DNA of 64,000 nt from Eledone cirrhosa (Eukaryota): positions 16,926,001 to 16,990,000 of the forward strand of contig OZ024762.1 in NCBI GenBank assembly GCA_964016885.1. Direction: 5' to 3'. Shown piece by piece: positions 51,515 through 64,000 of this stretch; the first letter of the stretch is position 1, and each line of letters opens with the position of its first letter. The position numbers were made by a program, and so were the translations under genes. The notes beneath the pieces are model-generated. The model had not been told where the DNA came from and did not search any database. It worked only from the letters and a program-made list of their open reading frames with translations.

Positions 51515-52980
51515 GTGGTGGTGGTGGTGGTGGTGTAGCTATAGAAGTAGTGGTGGTGGTGGTGGTGGTGGTGGTGGTGTAGCTATAGAAGTAGTGGTGG
51601 TGGTGGTGGTGGTGGTGGTGGTGGTGTAGCTATAGAAGTAGTGGTGGTGGTGGTGGTGGTGTAGCTATAGAAGTAGTGGTGGTGGTGGTGATGGTGGTGA
51701 TGGTGGTGGTGTAGCTATAGAAGTAGTGGTGGTGGTGATGGTGGTGGTGTAGCTATAGAAGTAGTGGTGGTGGTGGTGGTGGTGTAGCTATAGAAGTAGT
51801 GGTGGTGGTGGTGGTGGTGGTGGTGGTGGTGGTGTAGCTATAGAAGTAGTGGTGGTGGTGGTGGTGGTGTAGCTATAGAAGTAGTGGTGGTGGTGGTGGT
51901 GGTGTAGCTATAGAAGTAGTGGTGGTGGTGGTGGTGGTGGTGGTGGTGGTGGTGGTGGTGGTGTAGCTATAGAAGTAGTGGTGGTGGTGGTGGTGGTGGT
52001 GGTGTAGCTATAGAAGTAGTGGTGGTGGTGATGGTGGTGGTGATGGTGGTGGTGATGGTGGTGGTGGTGGTGGTGGTGATGGTGGTGGTGTAGCTATAGA
52101 AGTAGTGGTGGTGGTGATGGTGGTGGTGTAGCTATAGAAGTAGTGGTGGTGGTGATGGTGGTGGTGGTGGTGGTGATGGTGGTGGTGGTGGTGGTGGTGG
52201 TGGTGGTGGTGGTGATGGTGGTGGTGTAGCTATAGAAGTAGTGGTGGTGGTGGTGGTGGTGGTGATGGTGATGGTGGTGGTGTAGCTATAGAAGTAGTGG
52301 TGGTGGTGATGGTGGTGATGGTGGTGGTGTAGCTATAGAAGTAGTGGTGGTGGTGATGGTGGTGGTGGTGGTGGTGGTGGTGTTAGTGTAGCTATAGAAG
52401 CAGTGGTGATGGTGGTGGTGGTGGTAGGTTGGTGGTGGTGGTAGGGTGGTGGTGGTGGTGTTAGTGTAGTTATAGTAGTGGTGTTGGTGGTGGTGATGGT
52501 GGCGGTAGGTTGTTGGTGGTGGTGGTGGTGGTGTGGCGATGGTGGTGGTGGTGTCAGTGTAGTTATAGAAGTAGTGGTGGTGGTGGTGGTGATGGTGGTG
52601 ATGGTTGTGGTAGGTTGGTGGTGATGGTGGTGATGGTGGTGGCGGTAGTGGTGGTAGTGGTGGTAGTGGTAGTGGTCGTGGTGGTGGTGGTGGCGATAGG
52701 GGTGGTGGTGTGGTGGTAGTGGTGGTGGTGATAGTGGTAGGGTGGTGGTAGGTTGGTGGTGGTAGGTTGGTGGTGGTAGGGTGGTGGTAATAGGGTGGTG
52801 GTGTTGTTGGAAGTGGTGGAAGTGGTGGTAGTGGTGGTGGTGTGATGGTGCTGTTGGTGGTAGTGTTGGTAGTGGCGGTGGTGGTAGTAGTGGTGTTGGT
52901 GGTGGTGGTGGTAGCAGTGGTGTTGTTGTTGATGGTGGTAGTGTTGGTGGTGTTGATGGTAGTGGTGGTGTTGGTAGCTG
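51515..52980. repeat. (GGT)n array punctuated ~20 times by GTAGCTATAGAAGTAGT
   Basis: Direct inspection. Confidence 0.9.
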
Positions 52981-53071
52981 CAGAAAATGGAAACTATTTC
53001 CTTTTTTACTATAAGAGGAATTCCTTAAATATACCATGTCATTGAAAATATTTCACTTAAACATACACATG

Positions 53072-53123
<52 letters not shown>

Positions 53124-53238
53124 CACATGTATGTATGTATATATATATATGTATGTAAAGGGTAAACAGAAATAACAACACAATCGGTACAGTATATGGA
53201 AGGTATATATTAGGTTAACTCTAGAAATAGCAGGTCTT

Positions 53239-53266
53239 AACGTTTCGGACGCTAGTCCCTCATCAG
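53239..53266 (-). ncRNA. Minimal hammerhead core with weak stem I
   Basis: Minus strand CTGATGA-G.GGAC.TAGC.GTCC-GAAA-CG-TT. Confidence 0.5.
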
Positions 53267-53536
53267 ATGCAAGAATGAGAAATAAGATAGATTGAAGGAG
53301 CAGGCGGGGGTGTAATTTGAAAAAAATGTCTTTAGATAAAAAAAAAAATATATATATATATATATATAAGGGATAACAAAATATCGTTATAGGTAATCCA
53401 ATTAGAGGTTGTGAATACTTCTTATTATGGATAGTTTTAGCGTACGGCGTAACAAAACTCAACAATGGGTTTACGTAGATGACGAGTTTATGATTTCACT
53501 TGTATTCTTATGTAAGTTTATCTTGGAGTAATAATT

Positions 53537-53871
53537 TTGAAAAAGTGGAGAATAACATGGTCAACAGTACAAAAAAGGGGATTTATGTGCAGTCTAACAA
53601 TTGTTTCACTGATAGAGCTGTCCAAAAATTGCTGAACACTAAAAACAGTGCCACTCAATTTTAAATACGATGTTAACTCTATTAGATCTTCAGAAACTGA
53701 GAGTTAACATCGTATTTAAAATTGAGTGGCACTGTTTTTAGTGTTCAGTAATTTTTAGACAACTCAGTGAAACAATTGTTAGACTACAAATAAATCCCCT
53801 TTTTTGTACTGTTGCCCATTTTATTCTCCACTTTTTCGTACTGTTGACCATTTTATTCTCCACTTTTTCAA
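53537..53871. mobile_element. Foldback element with ~145-bp arms and a 19-nt loop
   Basis: 53537-53680 versus 53700-53871; a ~32-bp terminal segment is duplicated in the right arm. Confidence 0.85.
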
Positions 53872-53873
53872 TT

Positions 53874-53908
<35 letters not shown>

Positions 53909-54052
53909 CACATGCATGTGTGTATATCAAAACTCATACACTGTTGACTTTCCTGACATTTGTACATTATTCTATGTACTATACATGCACCTTTGATGAG
54001 TTGTAGTGCACCTGAGCACTGTACACAATAATTTTCATTATTATTATACATT

Positions 54053-54240
54053 GGTGGTGGTTTGGCAGTATCGGTAGAGTGTCGGACAACATGCTTTGTA
54101 GCACAGAGTTACGCCCCTTTACAGTCAGAGTTCAAATCCTGCCGAGGTTAACTTTGCCTTTCATCCTTACGGGGGGTCAATAAAATAAAGTAGCAGTAAT
54201 GCACTGGGGTAATTGCTGGCCTTGTGCCAAAAGTAGAAAC
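54053..54240 (+). mobile_element. SINE family B, preceded by a CR1 3' UTR remnant (53935-54047)
   Basis: Head and tail match 43490-43678; UTR matches 6060-6165. Confidence 0.8.
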
Positions 54241-54380
54241 AATTATTATTATACATTGGCTGGTTGCCAGATGAGGTTTGTCAGAAGATGATATAGCAAT
54301 TATTACTAAACAGTAAGGAGTGATTCCATGATGGCTATGGGATAGTCCCTCATCTTTGAAAGTGTTAATGTCACACACAA

Positions 54381-54479
<99 letters not shown>

Positions 54480-54704
54480 CAGATGTATATATACACATGT
54501 GTACAGCTGTATGAAGCTACAGAGTATATATATTTATGTATCATCCCATTTTACATAACATATGACACACACATACCTATATATATTGTCTGTATCTATA
54601 TCCTTTTGTACTCTGAAGAAGGGCTAAAGCCCAACACGTCAAACTTTCTTTCCACTTTTCCATATAAAGCGTGAAACTAATAAAACTTTTTGTACCTCTG
54701 TTTA

Positions 54705-54762
<58 letters not shown>

Positions 54763-54764
54763 GT

Positions 54765-55260
54765 TGTTAGCTGCTGGGACACTGCATCCTTTAAGACACT
54801 CATGCTTCCCGAGATACGCCAAAACTGCACCTGATGTACCCCTTCCATGCACATGCACACATGCGTGTATCGTGGCTCGTGCACTGTTCATTTTACTGGT
54901 GTTTGTGCATTGCCCCATGTACTGTACATGCACTTTTGATGAGTTGTGGTGCACCTGAGCACTGTACACAGTGTTTCATTATTGTTGTTGTTATTATTAT
55001 TGTATCATGACTCGTGCATTGTTCAATTTCCTGACATTTGTGCATTATTCTATGTGCTATACGTGCACCTTTGATGAGTTGTGGTGCACCTGAGCACTGT
55101 ACACAGTGTTTCATTATTGTTGTTGTTGTTATTATTATTGTATCATGACTCGTGCACTGTTCATTTTCCTGACATTTGTGCATTATTCTATGTGCTATAC
55201 GTGCACTTTTGATGAGTTGTGGTGCACCTGAGCACTGTGCACAATAATTTCATTATTATT
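54765..55260 (+). mobile_element. CR1 3' end with the UTR/tail triplicated in tandem
   Basis: TTTGATGAGTTGTGGTGCACCTGAGCACTGT occurs 3 times; homologous to 5940-6169. Confidence 0.8.
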
Positions 55261-55615
55261 ATATATATATATTAGTGTATGATTGGTGATTGGAAACTTT
55301 TTATGGTTGGAGGCCCTTCCTAACAAACAGTGAGGAGGGCTTTTCAGCAGCTGTGTCATAGACATGACAGCTTCTCTAATGTTGGTGATCTACAGGATAA
55401 ACTATCACCCAGTACATTCTGTAAAGTGGTTAATGATAGGGAGTGTGGCGCGCGGGGGGGGGGGGGGGGGGGCATCCAAGTGTAGAAATCCTGCCATACA
55501 AAATGTCAGGAGGACTCTTCAGCAGTGTGAAAGACATGATAACCTCCCTAATGTTGGTGTCAGGATAAAACTCACTCGGTAGAACATGGGAGGTTATATC
55601 AGAAAACCTCCTGGC

Positions 55616-55917
55616 CAGAGGCATAACTAGGGAAAATAGCCCCTATGGCAAGCAGTGAAATTGCACCTCTGCCCAGCACTGTATTTTTACCTATGGAGAC
55701 CTAGTAATTTATATAAATGGTTTAATGACCCAGCCACCATAGTGTTTCTCAGCCATGATAATCAAAGACAGGTCATACATCTGAAGGAGTTTCTTTTTTC
55801 ACTCTCTGACGAGACTTATTTGACTTTAATAGAAACACGGTCCTAGTCCAAGTGGCGCCCCCTACATGTGGTGCCCAGGGCACGTGCCATGCTTGCCAGA
55901 CCCTGGTTATGCCTCTG
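55616..55917. mobile_element. MITE with 17-bp TIRs (hAT-like)
   Basis: CAGAGGCATAACTAGGG / CCCTGGTTATGCCTCTG (16 of 17 match); no clear TSD. Confidence 0.6.
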
Positions 55918-56358
55918 GCTCTAACCCTAGTGCTGTTAAATATACTCTCCAGGTTTCTTTTCAATGGCTGGTAACACCTTACCAGCACCACTCGAGTAAA
56001 GTAATTATTTAACCCAGAAATGGGGCCCTAACACTTGTACTGCTGCGGGCCAGAGCAGACCTGGGAGTGATAACAACTAAGGGGTAACTCCACATTCTTC
56101 ACAGCTACTGAACTCCCAAACTGGAGCCTTGCCACTGGATTTAGTCTAATGTCATACCCAGGACATTTATCTAACCCATAAACGGGGCCTTAACAGGTAC
56201 TACTACTCCAGGGGGCCAGAGCTGATCTGGGAGTGATAACAACTAACGGGTAACTTGGTAGAGCATGGGAGCTTATATCGGGCCACCTGGAGATCAGAGG
56301 CTCCACTTGTGAACTGACCAGTCTGTGACATGTCCAACCCATGCTAGCAGGGAAAACA

Positions 56359-56575
56359 TTAACCCTTTAACATTTACATAACTCTATATTTACTATTGTA
56401 TTTTCACAGTAAAGGCTTTACCTCACATAATATTGAAGCTATTGAGATTTTGATGATATTTATTTTGAGAACAATACCTTAACGTCAGTATGAGTGGCCA
56501 TTTACAGCCGGTTTGAGCAGAAAGAGGTGACAGAATTCTGGCCGGATACGGCCAGTTTAAATGCTAACGGGTTAA
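56359..56575 (+). mobile_element. Compact piggyBac-like MITE (unexpanded form)
   Basis: TTAA-CCCTTTAACATTTA ... TAAATGCTAACGGG-TTAA. Confidence 0.8.
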
Positions 56576-57449
56576 ATCATGATGATAATGATGATGATGA
56601 TGGTGATGATGGTTGTGTAAATTGCTCTGCAATTATAGTAAAAAAAATTTTTTGGCACTAAAATATAAAACAATAAACAAAGAAAATCATACAAAATTAG
56701 AAGAAAAAAAAGGGCCCCCCCCCCTCTCCAAATTTTTTCCATGTTCTTCACTCATAAATAGAATTTAGTTTAGGGGTGTAGTCCCGTTTAGATTCCTGTT
56801 TTTAACAGTAATAGACGGGCCCCACTCCTCTTGTATTATCTTACATAGAATAGTTAGAGAGAGGTGGGCTTGTATTGACTGGTAGAGTGGAGGGGGCAGG
56901 GGCGCTAGTGAGGGAGTGGAGTACAGTGAGAGAAGGAGATAGAGGGAGAGGGGTACAGTGGGGGGGATAGAGAGAGGAAGAAGAAAGAGAGGGGAGATAG
57001 ATTGGAAAAAGAGAAAAGGAAGAAAAAGAAAAAGAAAAAGAAAAAGAAAAAGAAAAAGAAAAAGAAAAAATACACACACACATACATACAGCAACAGAAA
57101 CACACACACACAGGAACACACATACATACAGGCCCACACACACACACAGATACACACATACATACATACACACACAGATACACACATACATACATACACA
57201 CACACACATACAGGCCCACACACACACATGCATACACAGAGGAACAGACAGAGACACACCCAACACACATACTTACACACACACAGGTCTGTACAAATAT
57301 GTGTGTATGTGATGTAGTGGTCTTAATTCCTCAGACACCTCTGTCAAACCACCCCACCACCCTCTCTATCTAGAAATATCCTATTATCTCAACTATTATT
57401 TCCAGTGGTCCACTGGTAATATCTTCATTGGGACATACACATTATAGTC

Positions 57450-57951
57450 CACCCCACCACTACCACTACTACACCACCACTACTACACCACTACACTACC
57501 ACTATACCACCACCACTACTACACTACCACCACTACACCACTACCACTACACCACCACTACTACACCACCACCACTACACCACCACTACACCACCACCAC
57601 TATACCACCACTACTACACCACCACCACTACTACACCACCACCACTACACTACCACTACACTACCACTACACTACCACTATACCACCACCACTACTACAC
57701 TACCACCACTACACCACCACTACTACACTACCACCACTACACCACCACACCACCACCACCACTACACCACCACTACTACACCACCACTACACCACCACTA
57801 CTACACCACCACCACTACCACTACACCACCACCACACCACCACCACCACTACTACACCACCACCACTACACCACCACCACTACACTACCACTATACCACC
57901 ACCACTACTACACCACCACCACTACTACACCACCACCACTACACCACCACC
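57450..57951. repeat. (CAC/TAC)n array
   Basis: Direct inspection. Confidence 0.9.
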
Positions 57952-58065
57952 TATATATCGGATGTTTCTATGCCTGTTGTTGAGTGACACCATGAAGACA
58001 TAATATCTTTCTCTGCAGAGACATTAACATAACAGTTCTTGCTCGTTGCTATAGCAACGGTTCGG

Positions 58066-58106
<41 letters not shown>

Positions 58107-58621
58107 GTTTCTTTATTTTAATGATTTCTTTATTAACCACAAGGGTTTACATAAAGTAGACATTAAGGACAGTGCAGGACAATACAGGACGGTACAAATG
58201 GACATTTCTGCGTGTAAAAAAAACAAAAACAGGATGTAACAAAAAATAACAATGTAAAATTCCCCAATAGGGGGGGGGGAGACTTCCGTGGGACATTTGT
58301 GGAGAAAGCTCATTAAAAGTGACCCTGACCACCGGGGCAAGTGCCCTCTCCCAGTTTTCCACCTTTAATTTACAGACACATACTCAGAGTAGGCCCATTC
58401 ACTCGGGCCATACTTGCTCCTCTCACCCATCTTTCAACAAAATGCTGGGAAGAGAGTACTTCCCTCTCTACCCTGATTTGCCTTTTCAAATTTCTTTATT
58501 GGCCAGAAGGGCTGACATCAAGAAAAACATTACAGACGGCACAGGACGGGACGATGTGGGTTTTGTGCGTGTAAATATTTGTTATTTATATAAGAAAAGA
58601 AAAAAAAGGACATAGAAACAT

Positions 58622-58898
58622 ATCATCATCATCATCATCGTTTAATGTCCATCTTCCACGCTTGCATGGGATTGGACGGGAGTTTTCCCACTTGAGGCAA
58701 GAGTGGTTGTCCTGCTCGCATAGGACTGTCTGGCAGGTTTTCTACGGCTGGATGCCCTTCCTAACACCAACCACGTTTACAGTGTTGAACTGGGAGGTTT
58801 TTACCGTGTTACCTACACGGCCACATTACAGCGTGGACTGTGTGTTTTATTGTCGTGACACCTACACAACCTCATTTGTTTCGGCCTGGATGTTGTGG
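58622..58898 (-). mobile_element. SINE/RTE-tail element related to 4040-4311
   Basis: Reverse-complement similarity across the central domain and tail. Confidence 0.75.
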
Positions 58899-59414
58899 TA
58901 TATATATATATATATATATAAACAATGATTTCTTTATTGGCCACAAGGGAGACTTTATTTTAATAATAATAATTTCATTTATTGGTCACAAGGGCCGACA
59001 TATAGGGGACAATACAAAAGACTGGGACAGTGGGGTTTTACAGAAAAAAATCGAGTAAACAATATGAATAACAATAACAAAGTAACAATAAAAATACAAT
59101 AAAAATTCCCCAATAGGGGGGAGGGGGATGACCACCCAGGGTTCGCTCAGGTACCCCACCAATCCTGAACGACCCCCGACGCTTCGAGAGCACCCTGGAA
59201 GAGCACCCCTCCCGTTTCTACTTTTGGCACAAGGCCAGCAATTATCCCACTACATTACTGGTACTTTATTTTATCGACCCCGTAAGGATGAAAGGCAAAG
59301 TTAACCTCGGCGGGATTTGAACTCAGCCCATAAAGGGCCGTAAATTAATGATAATAATAATTTCTTTATTAACTACAAAGGGTTTACATCAATAAAAACA
59401 TTAATGACAGTACA

Positions 59415-59720
59415 GGAAGAAAACAGAGTATTGAAGAAGAAGAAGAAAAAGAAGAAGAAAAGAAGAAACAAGAAAAAGAAGAAAAAAGAACAAAGAAGGA
59501 AAAGAAGAAAAAGAAGAAGAAGAAAAAGAAGAAAAAGAAGAAAAAGAAGAAAAAGAAGAAAAGAAGAAACAAGAAAAAGAAGAAAAAAGAAGAAAAAAGA
59601 AGAAAAAAGAAGGAAAAGAAGGAAAAGAAGAAAAAGAAGAAAAAGAAGAAGAAGAAGAAGAAGAAGAAGAAGAAGAAAGACAAGAAGAAGACAGCAGAAA
59701 AAGAAGCAGGAGAAGAGATA
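59415..59720. repeat. (GAA/GAAAAA)n purine tract
   Basis: Direct inspection. Confidence 0.9.
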
Positions 59721-59778
59721 AAATGGAGGGGAAGGAGTAGCCATGTGGTGTAGCAGAAGGAGTGGTGTATTTCCTCTC

Positions 59779-59957
59779 TGGCAGTATCGGTAGAGGGTCG
59801 GACGCCATGCATTCCAGCATAGTTACGTCCCTTAACGATCTGAGTTCAAATCCCGCCGAGGTTGACTTTGCCTTTCATCCTTACGGGGTCAATAAAATAA
59901 AGTACCAGTAATGCACTGTGGGGTTAATTGCTGGCCTTGTGCCAAAAGTCGAAACAA
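59779..59957 (+). mobile_element. SINE family B
   Basis: TGGCAGTATCGGTAGAG head; GGCCTTGTGCCAAAAGT tail. Confidence 0.8.
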
Positions 59958-60387
59958 TTATCTGTGGAAAGTGGCTGAAAATGTGATAAGAGTGTTCATT
60001 AACAACACATGTGGGTGATAAAGTTATTAACAACAATATATCTAAACCTCACAGCCACCCCCCCCACCCTCTCCGGGTCTTAACAGGGTGAGGAAGAAAG
60101 TGAGGTGAGGGTAGAAGGAAGTAAATTATCCACATTCCGGCTTACCCCCTACCCTGCAAAAGGAAACATTTGCTCAACACATGAACATCTGGTTATATAT
60201 ATCATCATCATCATCATCATCATCACCGTTTTACGTCCGTTCTTCCACGCTAGCATGGGTTAGACGGGTTGTCCTGTTGTGGGCAGTGTCTGGTCGGCTG
60301 ACCATGCCTTGCTCATACGGGAACCAATTTGGTTTGATTTCTACAGCTGGATGCCCTTCCTAACACCAACCTCATTTACAGTGAGTG

Positions 60388-60434
<47 letters not shown>

Positions 60435-60437
<3 letters not shown>

Positions 60438-60708
60438 GAGCATCCCAAAAGTCAGCTCAAAAGTGACACAGAGAAGACTGAGGTTGGCTGGACATGCTCA
60501 CCGACATCCAGAGTTGACATTGCACTCAGTGCTCCTTTGGGAGCCCCTACATGGACACACTAGAAGAGGAAGACCAAGGTTAACATATGTTGATGCCCTA
60601 AGGACAGACACTGGTCTGTTGGAGATGCAGGATATGGCAGCGATAATGAGGGACAGAGACCGCTGGAGAGAACTCGTCCGTGGATCTTGGGAATTTTACC
60701 CGCCTTAG
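60435..60708 (+). mobile_element. 3' fragment of a second RTE-group LINE family
   Basis: RRLRLAGH..RHPE...VLLWEP.HG..RRGRP..TYVD.L..DTGL...M.DRDRWRE. Confidence 0.75.
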
Positions 60709-60732
60709 ATAGATATATATATATATATATAT

Positions 60733-61018
60733 ATCATCATTTTATGTCCGCTTTTCTCTGTTTGCAAGGGTGGGATGGGTTCTATTCAGCAGAGCATCCC
60801 TCCACTTGTCATGGTCCTTCGTCATCTCCTCCGTGAGCTTCAGCGTTCTGAGGTTAGCTCTCACCACCTCTGCCCATGTTTTTTGTGGTCTACCTCTACT
60901 GCGTCTTCCTTCAACTGGGATTTCTTGGCACTTCTTTACCCAACGGTCATCCTCCATGCGCTTCACATGTCCATACCATCGCAGTCTTCTCTCCTGCACA
61001 CCACAACTTATTCCTCTT
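60733..61018 (-). mobile_element. RTE 3' fragment
   Basis: [30 protein letters not shown]...RGRPQKTW. Confidence 0.88.
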
Positions 61019-61040
61019 ATTATATATACATATATATACA

Positions 61041-61123
<83 letters not shown>

Positions 61124-61166
61124 TTATTTATATATATATATATATATATACATATATATACATATA

Positions 61167-61200
<34 letters not shown>

Positions 61201-61252
61201 CATTTATATATATATATATATACATATATATACATATATATATATACATATA

Positions 61253-61291
<39 letters not shown>

Positions 61292-61292
61292 T

Positions 61293-61323
<31 letters not shown>

Positions 61324-61423
61324 GTATACATACATATATATATATACATATATGTATATGTATACATACATATATATATATATACATATATGTATACATA
61401 TATATATACATATATATATATGT

Positions 61424-61460
<37 letters not shown>

Positions 61461-61507
61461 TATATGTATACATATATATATATACATATATATATGTATA
61501 CATATAT

Positions 61508-61690
61508 ATGTCTCTCCACCACTCCCCTACACACCTTTTGAACTCTGTTCCCACACACTTCTCACCTGAAGAAGGGCTTATGCCCGAAACGTCCCCCCCC
61601 CCCCCCCCCACTCTCCTGAGAGTGAATTTAATAAACATTTATCGTACTGCCTCTCTGTTCTGTCCCTGTTCAATTTTTCATTATACATAT
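61508..61690 (+). mobile_element. PLE pseudo-LTR-like repeat with a minimal hammerhead core (~61566-61593)
   Basis: CTGAAGA-A.GGGC.TTAT.GCCC-GAAA-CG-TC; inverted copy at 63730-63910. Confidence 0.65.
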
Positions 61691-61789
61691 ATATAGGTAT
61701 ATATATATATAGATATATATACACATATATACATATACATTCACATATACACACACACACACATATTTATATATATATATATATATATA

Positions 61790-62990
61790 TTGTTATATTT
61801 TGCCCATTTGGTTCTAGCTCCTTTATATACCCTGATCTTGTCTCCCTGATTATAGCCAGAGAACTGTATGTGGTGGATGAAGTGTTGTGTCTCTCTAATT
61901 ATTTAGGGTTGCACATGCAGGACCCCATTCGTCATCACTCTTACTAAATCCGCAACTAGTATATTGATTTTTATGTTATCCAAAACTGCAGAGTTTTGGT
62001 GAATCAGGCATTTGGAGATGATGGGTTTGGCATAATGCAAATGGAGGATTTGTGTTCTATTACAAATAGTTTCCAACAAGAGTTCTGTGTCTAGTATGGG
62101 TAATCTATGGTTGGGGTGTTTAGCTAGGTAGTCTCATCATCATCACCGTTTTACGTCCGTTCTTCCATGCTAGCATGGGTTAGACGGGTTGTCCTGTTGT
62201 GGGCAGTGTCTGGTCGGCTGACCATGCCTTGCTCATACAGGAACTGATTTTGGCTTGGTTTCTACAGCTGGATACCCTTCCTAACACCAACCTCATTTAC
62301 AGTGAGTGCTGGGTGCTTTTTCGTGGCGCCTACACGTCCACTTTACAGTGTGGGCTGGGTGCTTTTTCTGCCGTGGCATCTCCACGACCTCCTTGCGGTG
62401 AGGGGTGTGGGGGCATGTTGTCTATATGCTTCAGCTTGTACCCATGGGAGGTCGGGTACTCTGTATTACTGCGAGACGCCAGTTTATAGTAACTTTAATA
62501 CTCTGGTGGATGGAGTTAGCTATTTGCTGGATACTTTCCATGGTGTTCTTCTTTAATTCCTGACTGTTCTCCTGTGGGGGGTGGTTTTACTACAATATTT
62601 ATGTCATCTATGTGGCAGGAGTACATAGTCAGGGTTATAAAATCCTCATCTAAGCATTCCTTAAGTCTCCTGTCCCACCTTACCATAAAGAGGTGAGCTA
62701 TGTCACCTGCAACGCTGATGCCAATGGCTGCCCCCTCCTCTTGAGCATATATTTTGCCATTAAACTTAAACATATGTTCCTTAAGGGTTAGTTTTATATT
62801 GGTCCCCACCGCATGTGCAAACATTTTCTTTACTTCATTGTGGTTTTCGGGGGTCCGTATGGCTCTGGTCCACCCTCTCCACCTTTTTGTGTGGGTCTTC
62901 TTGGCCATTGAGATAATGGTCTTATGGGGGCAGAGGCAGCTAAGGTCGTCTGTATCTAAGTAAACCTTCCTTACCCTGTGTAATTCTAAG
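61790..62990 (-). mobile_element. Penelope-like RT remnant (possibly Naiad-like), split by a retroposon at 62135-62487
   Basis: HMFKFNGKIYAQEEGAAIG...DIAHLFMVRWD...HIDDIN; TMESIQQIANSIHQSIKVTI then DY..KHPNHRLPILDT...HYAKP...KINILVADLVR...QFSGY. Confidence 0.8.
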
Positions 62991-63729
62991 TAGGAGCCCC
63001 AAAGACGTTAATTTTGCTGTAGAAAAAGGCGAAAGGAAAACAGAAAAAGAAAAAGGAAAATATGATAAAAAGCAAAATACGAAGAAAAAGAAGCAAAAAG
63101 GAAGACGATTTATAGTGACCCCCCCTCCCCCAAGAAAAAAACTTTAGCTCTAACAGCAGACGTTAAAGGGGAGATAATTCAGCAAATACAACCATTCAAT
63201 TGTGTGTGTGTGTGTGTGTGTTCCTGGCGATAAATATAAAATATTTGATAATATACGAAATAAAAACAACAGAAAATACAACGTACAATATACCTGGTAT
63301 ATAATATACTAGGTGTATAATATACCCGGTGTATAATATACTAGTGTATAGTAAACCCGGTATATAATATACCCGGTGTATAAAAACCCGGTGTATAATA
63401 TACTGGTGTATATGTATATATTTCATGGAGACACTCACACTGAGGCAATTTAATGTTCCATTATAAATATCAATCGCTTGCCAGAAAAAACATCACCGGT
63501 TATTGTTTAACCCTAGGTCAACTTTAATCCAGTAGACCTATGATCAAAAACGTCTAATATATAAATATCCGGTCTTTATAGTATATCGATAAATATTTAA
63601 TTATTTAACGGATCTTTCCTTTTTAAAGACTGTAGGATGTGATTAGTTGGAAATTTGGCTGTTATTTATGGCATATTTAATGATCTTACAGAGCATATAT
63701 ATGTATATATATATATATAGATAGATATA

Positions 63730-63910
63730 TAATGGAAAAATTTGAACAGGGACAAAACAGAGAGGCAGTACGACAAATGTTTATTAATTTCTCGCTCTGG
63801 AGAGTGGGGTGTAGGTGGGGGACGACGTTTCGGGCATAAGCCCTTCCTCAGGTGAGAAGTGTGTGGTAACAGAGTTCAAAGGGTGTGTAGGGGAGTGGTG
63901 GAGAGACATA
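63730..63910 (-). mobile_element. PLE pseudo-LTR-like repeat with a minimal hammerhead core (~63824-63851)
   Basis: Minus strand CTGAGGA-A.GGGC.TTAT.GCCC-GAAA-CG-TC; a further related copy appears to begin at ~63972. Confidence 0.65.
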
Positions 63911-63915
63911 TAGAG

Positions 63916-63974
<59 letters not shown>

Positions 63975-64000
63975 AAACTGGAACGGGAACAAAGACAGAG

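Noticed and set aside
51515-52400. Repeat-spacer pattern resembling CRISPR
   Set aside because: Spacers are GGT microsatellite of variable length

Overview
Repeat-saturated eukaryotic (animal) DNA with no intact full-length gene. The mix of tRNA-headed SINEs with RTE-type (GAT)n tails, RTE, CR1 and L1/Tx1 LINE remnants, Penelope-like elements (PLEs), mariner, piggyBac-like and Helitron-like non-autonomous elements and dense (TA)n/(GT)n/(GGT)n microsatellites resembles an octopod cephalopod genome (inference). Most of the supplied ORFs are microsatellite artefacts. One convincing host coding exon lies on the minus strand (25573-25949) and a weaker two-exon candidate lies on the plus strand (10591-11030). 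The most notable signal is non-coding: about ten type-I hammerhead-ribozyme-like motifs of the PLE/retrozyme kind, some intact and some degenerate. One sits inside a 318-bp foldback with perfect 83-bp arms (12114-12431), and four dispersed copies of another family show compensatory stem changes and a conserved C-C mismatch. A second theme is that several minisatellite arrays have expanded inside transposon remnants (RTE ORF tail, piggyBac-like MITE, Helitron, SINE tail). All calls are by eye; no searches or folding programs were run.
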